Shown: positions 45,484 to 55,816 of the stretch, piece by piece | How positions within the stretch are numbered: position 1 is the first letter of the stretch | Layout of the letters: every line of letters begins with the position of its first letter | Assembly (NCBI GenBank): GCA_964640055.1 | Contig: CAZXFH010000004.1 | Coordinates: 26,016 to 90,015, forward strand | DNA length: 64,000 bases | Direction: 5' to 3' | From: an uncultured bacterium | GTDB taxonomy: Bacteria; Fidelibacterota; UBA2242; JAFGTP01 | Position numbers and translations under genes: made by a program | Notes under the pieces: model-generated | Database searches by the model: none | Seen by the model: only the letters and a program-made list of their open reading frames with translations | What the model was told of the DNA's origin: nothing

Positions 45484-46386
45484 ATGCAAAAACAGACCCA
45501 GGCCTATCTGTACACTGCCCTGGCCATCCTGTTCTGGTCAACCGTAGCCACGGCGTTTAAGCTCTCCCTGCGCTATTTAACGCCCCTTTTGCTACTGTTT
45601 TTTGCCAGCTTGACCGCTACTCTGGCTTTGTTCCTGATATTGATCGTCCAGGGCAAGCTACACCTGCTGACCCAGACCAGGCCCCGGGATTATCTCCGTT
45701 CCGCCGGGCTGGGGATAATTAATCCCCTAGCCTATTATCTGATTCTCTTCCGGGCCTATGAACTGCTGCCGGCTCAAATTGCGCAGCCGGTCAACTGTAC
45801 CTGGGCGGTGCTCCTGGTCTTATTTTCCATTCCACTGCTAAAGCAAAAGATCGGCTGGCCCAGCATAGGAGCGATATGCATCAGCTTTATGGGGGTCTTT
45901 GTGGTAACAACCCGTGGCAATCTCAGCCTTTTCAAACTGGCCGATTCCTACGGAGTCTGCCTGGCACTGATCAGTTCTGTTTTCTGGGCATTGTACTGGA
46001 TCTTTAATATACGGGACAAACGCGAGGAGGTCAGCAAACTATTTCTTAATTTCCTGTTTGGGAGTGTGTATATCACGCTGGTGGTACTGGCGACCGGGGC
46101 ACTGTCCGAGGTAGATCTCAGAGGTCTGCCCGGTGGTATTTATGTCGGCTTGTTTGAAATGGGCCTCACCTTTTTTGTCTGGCTCAAAGCGTTACAACTT
46201 TCGGAAAACACAGCCCAGGTCTCAAATTACATCTATCTTTTTCCTTTTCTTTCACTGATCTTCATCCGGTTGCTGGTGGGTGAAATAGTCCTACCCAGCT
46301 CTGTGATCGGATTGTTCTTTATTGTCGGGGGAATTTTATTACAGAATTATATACAGCGAAAAAAGTTTAGCCGGCGGCCCCGGTGA
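45484..46386 (+). CDS. DMT-superfamily (EamA-like) transporter
   Basis: 300-aa ORF with about 10 TM helices in two EamA-like halves. Confidence 0.7.
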   Translation: MQKQTQAYLYTALAILFWSTVATAFKLSLRYLTPLLLLFFASLTATLALFLILIVQGKLHLLTQTRPRDYLRSAGLGIINPLAYYLILFRAYELLPAQIAQPVNCTWAVLLVLFSIPLLKQKIGWPSIGAICISFMGVFVVTTRGNLSLFKLADSYGVCLALISSVFWALYWIFNIRDKREEVSKLFLNFLFGSVYITLVVLATGALSEVDLRGLPGGIYVGLFEMGLTFFVWLKALQLSENTAQVSNYIYLFPFLSLIFIRLLVGEIVLPSSVIGLFFIVGGILLQNYIQRKKFSRRPR

Positions 46387-46411
46387 AACAAATTATACAT
46401 ACCAGGGGTTA

Positions 46412-47815
46412 TTACTGCCGCTTCCACTCGGTTCCTCCGGGAGTATCTTTAAGGAGAATGCCCTTGTTCTGCAGCTTTTCGCGAATCCGGTCAGCTTTGG
46501 CAAAATCCTTTGCTTGACGGGCCTGCTCCCGTTCCCGAATCAGCGTTTTTTCCTCAGCTGTCAAGCCCTTTTCCTCCGTCGGTTGTAACACGTCCAGAAT
46601 CTGATCAGTGTCCTGCAGAAAGACTTTGAGCTGTCCGGCATCCTGAGCTGACAGTTTCTGTGTTTCTCGGTAGGTGTTAACTTCCCGCACCAATGCAAAT
46701 AAAGCGCCAAGGGCCCCGGAAATATTGAGATCATCATCCAGAGCGGCGGCAAAATCATCGGCTGCCTTGGTGATCAGGTCTGCTAAATCCGCTTTTTTGG
46801 CAGAATCTGTCTCCCGGTTCAGGGACTGCTGGAATTCCCGCAGGCGTTGGATATTTTTGGCTGCATCGGCGACTTGTTTAAAGGTGAAGTTCAACTTTTG
46901 ACGGTAATGTGTACTCAGCAGGGTCAACCGAACCGCCACCGCATCCCGGCCCATATCCAGCAACTGCCGCAGGGTATACTGATTGCCCAAGGATTTGCTC
47001 ATCTTATGGCCTTCCACGATCAGGTGTTCACAATGCAGCCAGTAATTCACAAACTTTTGTCCGGTAGCCCCTTCACTTTGGGCGATTTCGTTTTCATGAT
47101 GGGGAAAAATATTATCCACCCCACCGCAATGAATATCAAAATGATTGCCCAGATAGTGTGTACTCATGGCGGAACACTCAATATGCCAGCCGGGCCGCCC
47201 TTTGCCCAGCTCGGTTTCCCAAAAAACATCCTTATCCTCTGGTTTCCAGGCTTTCCAGAGGGCAAAATCACGCAGTTCCTCTTTTTGTGCATACTCATCA
47301 CTAGCCACCCGGCTGCCCTGCCGCATCTCCGCAAGATTTAAATTGGCCAGCTGGCCATATGCAGGAAACTTGCCGACTTGAAAATAAACCGATCCGTCTT
47401 CTGCTCTATAGGCCAGTCCCTTACCCAGCAGTTGCTTGACCATGGCCACCATCTCATCAATATGATCGGTAGCCGCCGGATAGTGTTCGGCCCGTTCAAT
47501 CCGCAGCGTATCCAGGTCCTCAAAAAAGGCCTTTTTAAAGGGTTGCGTATACTCCCGGAAAGAAACCTGCGCCTGGCGGGAATCGCGGATGATCTTGTCA
47601 TCAATATCGGTCAGGTTCATCACCTGTTTAACCTGGTAGCCTTTAAACTTCAGGTAGCGCCGCAGCAGATCCTCAAACATATAGGCCCGGAAGTTGCCGA
47701 TATGGGCGTAATTATAGACTGTGGGCCCACAGGTATATAGCCGCACCCGGCCTTGCTTGATAGGCTGAAAATACTCTTTTTTACGGGTCAGGGTGTTGTA
47801 AAAACGCAGGGTCAT
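46412..47815 (-). CDS. cysS: cysteine--tRNA ligase
   Basis: 467-aa ORF with HIGN (YAHIGNFRAY), KMSKS (HKMSKSLGN) and a Zn-site GWHIECS. Confidence 0.95.
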   Translation of the reverse strand: MTLRFYNTLTRKKEYFQPIKQGRVRLYTCGPTVYNYAHIGNFRAYMFEDLLRRYLKFKGYQVKQVMNLTDIDDKIIRDSRQAQVSFREYTQPFKKAFFEDLDTLRIERAEHYPAATDHIDEMVAMVKQLLGKGLAYRAEDGSVYFQVGKFPAYGQLANLNLAEMRQGSRVASDEYAQKEELRDFALWKAWKPEDKDVFWETELGKGRPGWHIECSAMSTHYLGNHFDIHCGGVDNIFPHHENEIAQSEGATGQKFVNYWLHCEHLIVEGHKMSKSLGNQYTLRQLLDMGRDAVAVRLTLLSTHYRQKLNFTFKQVADAAKNIQRLREFQQSLNRETDSAKKADLADLITKAADDFAAALDDDLNISGALGALFALVREVNTYRETQKLSAQDAGQLKVFLQDTDQILDVLQPTEEKGLTAEEKTLIREREQARQAKDFAKADRIREKLQNKGILLKDTPGGTEWKRQ

Positions 47816-48393
47816 TTGTCTATCCCCAGAGGTAAACTGATCTTTTTCTTTTTGCGGTCTGAGAGAGGCTTCAAATGCCTGAAATCCACCTGTACCCGAT
47901 AGGAGGTTTGGATGGCGTCCAGAGAGATGACAAAGCGGCGCTCATTTTCAACATCTTGGACTTTGCCGACAACTCCCCGCAGACTCCCCCTGGTGACCTC
48001 CACCAGCTCACCTTTACGAAAATAATGACTGGGCTGCATTTCGGCTTGTTTGTTAAGGGTTTTCTTAAGGGCATCAATCTGAAAATCCGGAATAGGGGCA
48101 TATTGCCGGTTAAAAGTCACAAAACGCACCGTACCATAAATTTGCAATACAGGTAATGATTGGGTCAGGGGTATGCGCACAAAAACATAGCCTTTGATCA
48201 AGGGCTCTTTGATCCATTTTTTACGGTCACTCCACTGGCGACAGCTTTTCTGGAGTGGCACATAGGCTTCAATATTTTGTTCTGTCAGTTTTTCGTAAAC
48301 CTTTTTCTCGTGCTTCGGGCGAGTATAAACAGCATACCAACGGGGTGAATGCCGCGGATCATCATCGGGATAAATCGGGTAATTAGCTGACAT
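47812..48393 (-). CDS. UpxY-like NusG-family transcription antiterminator
   Basis: 193-aa ORF with NGN-like WYAVYTRPKHEKKVYEKLTEQNIEAYVPL and KOW-like GELVEVTRGSLRGVVGKV. Confidence 0.7.
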   Translation of the reverse strand: MSANYPIYPDDDPRHSPRWYAVYTRPKHEKKVYEKLTEQNIEAYVPLQKSCRQWSDRKKWIKEPLIKGYVFVRIPLTQSLPVLQIYGTVRFVTFNRQYAPIPDFQIDALKKTLNKQAEMQPSHYFRKGELVEVTRGSLRGVVGKVQDVENERRFVISLDAIQTSYRVQVDFRHLKPLSDRKKKKISLPLGIDK

Positions 48394-49405
48394 CAGTGAC
48401 CTCTTTGTATTTCGTCTGGCGCTGCATACCCAATGCGATGATCTGTTCCAACAGCTCGGTAAAGCTGTATCCGGCTGCCTGGGCCGCTTTGGGCACCAGA
48501 CTGGTATCGGTCATGCCCGGCAAAGTGTTCAGCTCCAGAAAATAGGGGGTACCATCCTCTCCCAGACGGATATCCATTCGTCCGTAACCCGCGCATTTAA
48601 GCGCTTTGAAGCCTAAAACAGCGCACTGCTGAATACGCCGGGCTAAGGCGAGTTCCAGGGTGGCCGGCACAATATAGCGGCTCATTCCTTGGGTATATTT
48701 ACAATCATAATCATAGATGCCATGGCGGGGAATAATCTCAACGATCGGCAGCGCTTGATCCCCCAGCAAGGCCACAGTGATTTCCCGGCCCGGAATGAAT
48801 TTTTCCGCAATAATCTCATTGTTATATTGCAGGGCGTTTTCAATCGCTGGCCCCAGCTGCTCTTTGGCTGAGACGACTGTCAAGCCCACGGTTGAGCCCT
48901 CATTGCTGGGTTTTACCACCAAAGGAAAATCAAGAGTGGTCAGCACATCGTTCTCGATCTTGGGCACTGTATAGGCATTGGCGCGGTTAAAATGCTGCCA
49001 GTCAGGAGTGGGGATATTGTAGCGTTCAAACAACAATTTTGAGACCACTTTATCCATGGCAATCGCACAGCCTTCCGTGGCAGAGCCATTGAAAGCATAG
49101 CCCATGAGCTGCAGTACAGCCTGTAAATGTCCGTTTTCACCACTGCCTCCGTGCAGAGCATTGAAAATAAAATCAGCCGACCGAACCTGTGGTGTAGTTA
49201 AGAGCTGCAACACATTTGTAGCCCCGGCTTGCAGATGGCCCGGGGTAACTGCCACAGAGTGCTCCAGTTGCTCAAGGGGCAGGACCGTATCCAGGGTGAT
49301 GAGCTCGTGTCCCTCTTCCTGCAGGGCCTGCGAGATCTTATCCCCGCTGTGCAGTGAGACTTCCCGTTCTGATGAAGTGCCTCCTTTTAAAACCACAATT
49401 TTCAT
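48383..49405 (-). CDS. ddl: D-alanine--D-alanine ligase
   Basis: 340-aa ORF with GGTSSEREVSLHSG, ALHGGSGENG and ELNTLPGMT. Confidence 0.9.
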   Translation of the reverse strand: MKIVVLKGGTSSEREVSLHSGDKISQALQEEGHELITLDTVLPLEQLEHSVAVTPGHLQAGATNVLQLLTTPQVRSADFIFNALHGGSGENGHLQAVLQLMGYAFNGSATEGCAIAMDKVVSKLLFERYNIPTPDWQHFNRANAYTVPKIENDVLTTLDFPLVVKPSNEGSTVGLTVVSAKEQLGPAIENALQYNNEIIAEKFIPGREITVALLGDQALPIVEIIPRHGIYDYDCKYTQGMSRYIVPATLELALARRIQQCAVLGFKALKCAGYGRMDIRLGEDGTPYFLELNTLPGMTDTSLVPKAAQAAGYSFTELLEQIIALGMQRQTKYKEVTDVS

Positions 49406-49968
49406 TGCACCTGCGACTCCCTTTCTATCTCATCAATTAATTTAGCCGCTGTAAGTAAATTATCAACAATATAATCCGGTGCCGACCGCCACTGTTGTGC
49501 TGCTTCAGGCGGAACATTGCGGATGCCACTGAGTACCAGAACGGTTTTACAACCGGCGCGGGCCCCGGTTTCAATATCGCGCCAGGAATCACCGATAAAA
49601 TAGGATCTTGCCAAATCAATATCATGCTCAGCCGCGGCTTGCTCAATATTGGCAGTTCCGGGTTTACGGCACAGACAATTTTCATCGGGATGGTGGGGGC
49701 ACCAATAGATCCCATCCAGGGTCACGCTCCGGGCCGTCAGATCCTGCTGCATGGCCCCATGGATACGTTGCAATTCCTGACGGGTAATTAAGCCCCGGGC
49801 CAGAGCGGACTGGTTACTGATAATGATCAGCTTAAACCCGCTGTCCTGTAAACGCCGCAGGGCTTCACCGGTAAAACTGAACAGCTGAAATTCAGCTAAA
49901 CTTTTTACATAATCCTTACGGTCATAATTCAGGGTACCATCCCGGTCAAGGAAGATAGCTCTAGGCAT
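49402..49968 (-). CDS. gmhB: D-glycero-D-manno-heptose 1,7-bisphosphate phosphatase (HAD-IIIA)
   Basis: 188-aa ORF with FLDRDGTLN and the zinc motif CPHHPDENCLCRKPG. Confidence 0.8.
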   Translation of the reverse strand: MPRAIFLDRDGTLNYDRKDYVKSLAEFQLFSFTGEALRRLQDSGFKLIIISNQSALARGLITRQELQRIHGAMQQDLTARSVTLDGIYWCPHHPDENCLCRKPGTANIEQAAAEHDIDLARSYFIGDSWRDIETGARAGCKTVLVLSGIRNVPPEAAQQWRSAPDYIVDNLLTAAKLIDEIERESQVQ

Positions 49969-49981
49969 ACTTAATTTTATT

Positions 49982-51076
49982 TCAGGTTGCTTGTTTTAAA
50001 ATATCGACAATCCGTTCGGCCGCCTTACCATCCCAGAATTTGGGCGTCTCTCCTTTTTTAACCTCACCCTCCAGAATAGCCTTGGCTCTGGTTTCAATTT
50101 TTTGCGGATCAGGACCGATCAACTCATTGGTACCCTCCCGGATAGTAATGGCGCGTTCTGTGTTTTTACGCAATGTTAAACAGGGAACGCCCAACACAGT
50201 GGTTTCTTCCTGTATGCCCCCGGAATCGGTCAATACCAGGCGAGCATCTTTTTGCAATTTCATAAAATCCAGATACCCCAAAGGCTCTGTCACCAGGAGT
50301 TTTTCATGCTTATTGATCAGCTCCTCAACCCCGAATTGGCCTAACATTTTGCGGGTGCGCGGATGCATGGGAAAGATCACCGGCAAACGGCGCGATAGCG
50401 CTCCCAGAGTACTAAATATTCCCTTCAGGACTTCAACCTCATCTACGTTGGAAGGCCGGTGTAAGGTCACTAAAATATAATTACCCGCTTTGATATGCAG
50501 GTCACTCTGGATCTGCCGCTCATCCAGGCGTGGTAAATAGTGATGCAGGGAATCAATCATGGTATTGCCGACAAAAAATATGCGGGAACCGTCGATGCCT
50601 TCCGCCTTTAAGTTTTCATCTGCTTCCTGACAGGTTGTGAACAGGTAGTCACAAATACGGTCCGTTACAACCCGGTTGATCTCTTCCGGCATATGCCAAT
50701 CATGACTGCGTAGTCCGGCTTCCACATGACCAGTCTTGACATGTAGTTTGACCGCTACCAAGCTGCAGGCCATGGTCGAATTGACATCGCCGACGACCAG
50801 GACCAGATCCGGTCGCTCCGCCAGCAGGACCTTTTCGTAAGCCATCATGATTTTTCCGGTTTGCTCACCATGCCGACCAGAACCGATGCCCAGATAAATA
50901 TCCGGTTCGGGCAGTCCCAATTCCTGAAAAAACAGTTGCGACATATTCTTGTCATAATGTTGACCGGTATGCACCAGTCGGGGGATAAAATCCTTTTCAA
51001 GTTCTTTTAACAGTCGATAAATGGGAGCGGCTTTCATATAATTAGGGCGGGCTCCCACAATCAAATCAATCTTCAT
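49982..51076 (-). CDS. wecB: UDP-N-acetylglucosamine 2-epimerase (non-hydrolysing)
   Basis: 364-aa ORF with VGARPNYMKAAP, HVEAGLRS and TDSGGIQEE. Confidence 0.9.
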   Translation of the reverse strand: MKIDLIVGARPNYMKAAPIYRLLKELEKDFIPRLVHTGQHYDKNMSQLFFQELGLPEPDIYLGIGSGRHGEQTGKIMMAYEKVLLAERPDLVLVVGDVNSTMACSLVAVKLHVKTGHVEAGLRSHDWHMPEEINRVVTDRICDYLFTTCQEADENLKAEGIDGSRIFFVGNTMIDSLHHYLPRLDERQIQSDLHIKAGNYILVTLHRPSNVDEVEVLKGIFSTLGALSRRLPVIFPMHPRTRKMLGQFGVEELINKHEKLLVTEPLGYLDFMKLQKDARLVLTDSGGIQEETTVLGVPCLTLRKNTERAITIREGTNELIGPDPQKIETRAKAILEGEVKKGETPKFWDGKAAERIVDILKQAT

Positions 51077-51441
51077 CCTAATCTTACCTCATAAATTGTT
51101 GGACGTGTTATTATCCGGAAACTCTTTTAAAGCTAAGGGATTAGGGGCTAAACTCAAATGAAATTTTACCCTTTCCCGGCCCTCAGCTTGACCAGGTAAT
51201 AATAGATTAGCCAGACAGCTGCCTCTGTTCCCTTAAAAATATTAGGATCGAACAATTGCCAGGATGACGCTGATTATCTTCAACACAGCCTTTTCTTAAG
51301 ACCTAGATATCCGCTTCAGCGTGTCTGACCTAAAAGAGGGCCCAACGGCATCTTTTACTTTATTTCTATTGCTTAATAGTGTAAAAAATAATATTTTGCA
51401 AGGGTATTGAAAACAGTGTTACAAGGGTTAAACCAGTCCCA

Positions 51442-52170
51442 TTGAACAAATGGCTAGCAAATAAACCCAATCCCCTCCGAGAATATGATCAACGCATTGA
51501 GCGTTTTCTGTCCGGGGGGAGAACCCAGGAAGCGCTCTGGGTAGCCAAAGAGCAGCTTTATTTGTCGAAATCCATCTACGGAGAGCAGCATGCCGAAACC
51601 GCAGCGGTGTTAAACAACCTGGGGTGGTTATACAACCTGGAAGGTGACGACCAAAAAGCGGAAAATTACTATCGGCAGGCCCTGTCGATCAAGGAACATG
51701 TCTTTGGTAAAAAATCCCGCGAGCTGGTCCCGACCCTGGAAAATTTAAAAACCCTCTATATCGCTCAAAAACAATATCAAGCCGCCCGTAAAATACTTTA
51801 TCGTCTCAGTAGATTGGTAAACACCCAAGCCGATTTTCTGCGCCTGCGCAAGGCCAATTATCTGTGTCAACTGGCTGAGATTGAAATACAAAGCCGAAAC
51901 GATAAATATGCCGAACACCTGCTGTTTGAAGCCCTGAGTTTTTTAAAGACCAATTATGGGGCCCGCCATGCCAATACCGGCCGGGTGCTGGCCAAAATTG
52001 CTGACTTGTATCTAAAACAAGCGGCCTATTCCAAGGCTGAATATTTTTATTTGCGTGCCCTTAAAATTTTAAAAAAACAATTATCCAAAAAAGATCCCGA
52101 TCTGGCCTTTATCCGCCACAAACTACAAAGACTGTATGAAAAGTTCGACGTGATAACCAAAATCCCCTGA
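51442..52170 (+). CDS. tetratricopeptide repeat protein
   Basis: 242-aa ORF with TPR_12-like repeats (LNNLGWLYNLEGDDQKAENYYRQAL). TTG start, so the start is uncertain. Confidence 0.6.
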   Translation: MNKWLANKPNPLREYDQRIERFLSGGRTQEALWVAKEQLYLSKSIYGEQHAETAAVLNNLGWLYNLEGDDQKAENYYRQALSIKEHVFGKKSRELVPTLENLKTLYIAQKQYQAARKILYRLSRLVNTQADFLRLRKANYLCQLAEIEIQSRNDKYAEHLLFEALSFLKTNYGARHANTGRVLAKIADLYLKQAAYSKAEYFYLRALKILKKQLSKKDPDLAFIRHKLQRLYEKFDVITKIP

Positions 52171-52177
52171 TTAAAGT

Positions 52178-53113
52178 ATGTATATTTTCTTTTTACTGAC
52201 CGGTCTGATCCTCTTATGCTACGGCGCCAATTTTTTAGTCAAAGGTAGTTCAACCATCGCGCTAACCTTTGGGGTAAAAAAAATGGTGGTGGGGCTGACC
52301 GTGGTGGCGCTGGGCACTTCCATGCCGGAATTTGTAGTGAGTCTGTTTGGTGCTCTGAAAAAAGTGGACAACGTCAGTGTGGGTAATATCGTGGGAAGTA
52401 ATGTGGCAAACATTTTACTGGTGCTGGGTCTGTCCGGCATTTTCCGCCCCTTCCGAGCTGAAAAACGTATTTTCCAATTAGACTTGCCGGTGCTGCTAAT
52501 CATTACTATGCTGTTCCTTTTATTCTGCCGGAACGGACTCCTCTCCGGACTGGAGGCAGGAAGCATGCTGGTGTTTTTTATCATGTACATGACCTTTATT
52601 ATCAAAAACCGGCGTATCGCAGATTTTGACCGTAGTACCCTGGAAAACGTTGAATCCGGACATGTGTTGAAAAATGTGGTGTTCTCCTTAATCGGTATTG
52701 CCGGGCTGGTGGTGGGTGGCAATTTAACGGTGCGCGGCGGTGTGGAACTGGCGCGGGTATTGGGTATTTCCGAGCTGACCATCGGCCTGTCTGTAATTGC
52801 CCTGGGCACTTCTCTACCGGAGCTGTTTACCAGTGTAGTGGCCGCCGTCAAAAAGGAGCATGAACTCTCCATCGGCAACATCATCGGCAGCAACCTGTTC
52901 AACACGGCTTTTGTTCTGGGTATTGTCCCTATTATTCATCCCTTGAGCATTGACCCGAAAGTGATCCGTGTTGACAACATTTTTATGCTGGCGATCACCC
53001 TCTTGTTATCTATCTGTCTATACATTGGAAAAAAATTAACCCGCTGGGAAAGCTCTCTGTTTCTTATTTTATATATTCTATTTATTTTAAACCTGCGATT
53101 CCGGTTTATCTGA
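52178..53113 (+). CDS. calcium/sodium antiporter (CaCA, YrbG-like)
   Basis: 311-aa ORF with duplicated alpha-repeats GTSMPEF...GNIVGSNVANILLVLG and GTSLPELF...GNIIGSNLFN. Confidence 0.85.
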   Translation: MYIFFLLTGLILLCYGANFLVKGSSTIALTFGVKKMVVGLTVVALGTSMPEFVVSLFGALKKVDNVSVGNIVGSNVANILLVLGLSGIFRPFRAEKRIFQLDLPVLLIITMLFLLFCRNGLLSGLEAGSMLVFFIMYMTFIIKNRRIADFDRSTLENVESGHVLKNVVFSLIGIAGLVVGGNLTVRGGVELARVLGISELTIGLSVIALGTSLPELFTSVVAAVKKEHELSIGNIIGSNLFNTAFVLGIVPIIHPLSIDPKVIRVDNIFMLAITLLLSICLYIGKKLTRWESSLFLILYILFILNLRFRFI

Positions 53114-53158
53114 CCCCAGCATAAAACCGATATAAACTTTTTTATACCCAGGAGAATC

Positions 53159-53953
53159 ATGAAACTGGCCCTTTATCAATTTAACCCCCAATTTGGTGCT
53201 AAAGCTGCTAATTTAAATCGCATCCGGGAGGTTATCCGCGGCCATCAGGATATCGAGCTGTGGATATTGCCTGAACTCTGTACTACCGGATATCAATTTA
53301 TCTCCCTGGCGGAAGCTAACAAACTGGCCGAGCCCTTTCCGGGAGGCACAACCGCAGCGCTGCTCCGGGAGCTGAGCGCCACTCAGCAAACCGCCATCAT
53401 CACAGGTGTGGCTGAAAAAGGGTCTTCCCGCCCCTATAACAGCGCAGTGTTATTCGATCAGGGTCATTACCGGGGGAGCTACCGTAAAATCCATCTGTTT
53501 GCCGACGAAAAACGCTGGTTTGCAGCCGGTCAGGATCCGCCGCCTCTCTTTGAGGTGCAGGGCGTGAAAATCGGTCTGATGATCTGCTTTGACTGGCTAT
53601 TCCCGGAAATATGCCGCCGGCTGGCCTTGCAGGGTGCCCAAATGATTGCTCATCCGGCCAATTTAGTGCTACCCTATTGTCAGGATGCCATGCTTACCCG
53701 TAGTATTGAAAACCGGGTGTTTACCGCTACGGCCAATCGCATTGGCCGGGAACAGCGCAGCTCTCCGGCCCTTACCTTTACCGGCCAAAGTCAGGTAACC
53801 GCACCACAAGGTGTCCGGCTGGCCCAATCGGCGGAAGGGGAAGAGGTGTTGGCCGTGAATATTGATCCGGATGAAGCCCTGGACAAACAGATCACCCCGC
53901 AGAACCACATTTTCAAAGACCGCCGGCCCACCCTATATGAGATGGAGAGTTGA
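53159..53953 (+). CDS. carbon-nitrogen hydrolase (nitrilase superfamily) protein
   Basis: 264-aa ORF with the E-K-C triad context: LPELCTTGY, YRKIHLF and IGLMICFDWLFPE. Confidence 0.8.
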   Translation: MKLALYQFNPQFGAKAANLNRIREVIRGHQDIELWILPELCTTGYQFISLAEANKLAEPFPGGTTAALLRELSATQQTAIITGVAEKGSSRPYNSAVLFDQGHYRGSYRKIHLFADEKRWFAAGQDPPPLFEVQGVKIGLMICFDWLFPEICRRLALQGAQMIAHPANLVLPYCQDAMLTRSIENRVFTATANRIGREQRSSPALTFTGQSQVTAPQGVRLAQSAEGEEVLAVNIDPDEALDKQITPQNHIFKDRRPTLYEMES

Positions 53954-54136
53954 TATGATATCAAAAAAAAGTGGCAACTAATTTAATTGTGTTTCGGTTG
54001 AAAATCTCCATCGGTTATTATAATTTTAATTGAAATAGATTTAGAAGACTTATTATAGGTATCAAAACTGATATAGTAATTAACAAGATTTTGCTTACGA
54101 ACATATTCTGGTGACCAAGCTTATATTACCATTGAT

Positions 54137-54415
54137 ATGATTTCCAAAAAAGACCAGGAGGCCCGGGCAAAAGAAGCCCTTGATATGCAATGGTTACGCA
54201 GCTATACCGATCTGATTGTGGTTAAGCTGCGTACGGAAGAATTTAATGAATCCCGGGCTATTATCTTTCTGGAAAAGGTGAAACAAAAAATCTTAGCCCG
54301 TTTTCCGGACTGTGAACGAGAATATGAACTGATCTACGGGCGGCGCTTTAAACGCATTCTGCTGCGCAAGGGAGTGCTGCTGCCGCTGAACATGCCGGCG
54401 GCATCCCCCAGCTAG
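54137..54415 (+). CDS. hypothetical protein
   Basis: 92-aa ORF in an otherwise empty 620-bp interval. No motif was recognised, so coding status is uncertain. Confidence 0.3.
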   Translation: MISKKDQEARAKEALDMQWLRSYTDLIVVKLRTEEFNESRAIIFLEKVKQKILARFPDCEREYELIYGRRFKRILLRKGVLLPLNMPAASPS

Positions 54416-54573
54416 CCCGGCAGTTGACCGCTCATCCCCGAGAGGCACATCTTTCTAACTCAAGGTCTGTACTTCGGACGTCTTGCACCGGGATTATAAA
54501 ACCCTTAAGTTAACAGGGATTTAAAACTTGAGTAATAAGATGTTTCATATCTATTGATAGGGCTCCAATAACA

Positions 54574-55041
54574 ATGGCAAAACCCCTAAATGAATTCGGT
54601 GGCTGGCTCCGGTTTTTTCAGATCATTTGCTATCTGAACATAGTGTTCTCTATAACGGTAATTTTCATGTCACTGGGAACTCTGCTGGAGGGCATCCACA
54701 TTATTAATAACCTGTTGGCCCTAGCCCAACTCGTTCTGATAACCTTATTTCTTATCCGGATTGTCCGTGTTGTGAGCTTGCGGAACCCGGAAACCGTTAC
54801 CTTGATATCCGATTATCTGTACAAAATGTTCCTAGTGGCGGTAGGCTATTTCCTCCTGGATACATTGATTACCATGCTTAAAAATGACTGGTCCTGGTCA
54901 CTGGAAAACACCCAGGCACTGGGTGCGGCGATCCAGACCATGCTGTGGTGTGCCATCTGGCGCACTTATTTTGCCAGATCCCGGCGGGTCAAAGCCTATT
55001 ATCAGATTGAGAACCCCTCACGACAAGGGCCTGCAGCATAA
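54574..55041 (+). CDS. DUF2569-like membrane protein
   Basis: 155-aa ORF with 4 TM helices. The N-terminal FGGWLRFFQI is recalled from DUF2569. Confidence 0.5.
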   Translation: MAKPLNEFGGWLRFFQIICYLNIVFSITVIFMSLGTLLEGIHIINNLLALAQLVLITLFLIRIVRVVSLRNPETVTLISDYLYKMFLVAVGYFLLDTLITMLKNDWSWSLENTQALGAAIQTMLWCAIWRTYFARSRRVKAYYQIENPSRQGPAA

Positions 55042-55240
55042 AACAAATTAGCTATTGCTCCGGCTCACGACCTAAACGGGACTTTACAGATAAAACAAAG
55101 CGCAACACCCTGCTAAGTACATAAAATATCATTGAAATTGGTGGCTATATTTAGTATTCTTTTTATGCTGATATGTTACTCATCTGCCCGACAGGTGACA
55201 ATTAAATCAAAAGGAGCTCATTAACCAAAAAGGAGTCGGC

Positions 55241-55816
55241 ATGCAAAACCGGGACACAGCCTGGAATCTTTTATGCCAATATACCCAATCAAAAAATCTG
55301 CGTAAACATGGCTTGGCCGTGGAGGCTGCCATGCGACACTATGCGCGACACTTTAACCAGGATGAAGAGCTGTGGGGTATTACCGGCCTACTACATGATT
55401 TTGATTATGAAAAGTATCCCGATGCGCAAAACCACCCCTATCGCGGGAATGAAATCCTGAAAGCCGAGGGATACCCGGAAAAGCTGCGCAAGGCTATCAT
55501 GGGACATGCCAGCTATACCGGTGTTCCCCGGGATAGCTTAATGGCCAAAACCCTGTTTGCCGTGGATGAGCTGGCCGGATTTATTATTGCTGTTGCTCTG
55601 GTAAGACCGTCCAAGAGCATTTATGATGTCAAACCCAAATCAGTTAAGAAAAAATTCAAGCAAAAAGCCTTTGCCGCCAAGGTGGATCGTGATGAGATTA
55701 AAGCGGGGATCCAAGCCCTGGGTGTTGACGAAACCGAACATGTTCAACGGGTGGTTGACGCCCTGAAATCCATTGCCAAAGAACTTGGTTTAGAAGGAGA
55801 GATCACCTATGAGTAA
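55241..55816 (+). CDS. HD/HDIG domain phosphohydrolase
   Basis: 191-aa ORF with LRKHGLAVE and GLLHDFDYEKY (the H...HD motif). Confidence 0.75.
   Translation: MQNRDTAWNLLCQYTQSKNLRKHGLAVEAAMRHYARHFNQDEELWGITGLLHDFDYEKYPDAQNHPYRGNEILKAEGYPEKLRKAIMGHASYTGVPRDSLMAKTLFAVDELAGFIIAVALVRPSKSIYDVKPKSVKKKFKQKAFAAKVDRDEIKAGIQALGVDETEHVQRVVDALKSIAKELGLEGEITYE

Noticed and set aside
51077-51441. 365-bp intergenic region between wecB and the TPR gene, examined for a tRNA or ncRNA
   Set aside because: No cloverleaf-compatible segments, strong hairpins or conserved riboswitch motifs were recognisable by eye. It is probably divergent promoters.
52219-52905. 228-aa minus-strand ORF overlapping the CaCA antiporter gene
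   Set aside because: It is antisense to a gene with duplicated GNI(V/I)GSN alpha-repeats. The Ser/Thr/Pro/Arg-rich translation carries no motif.
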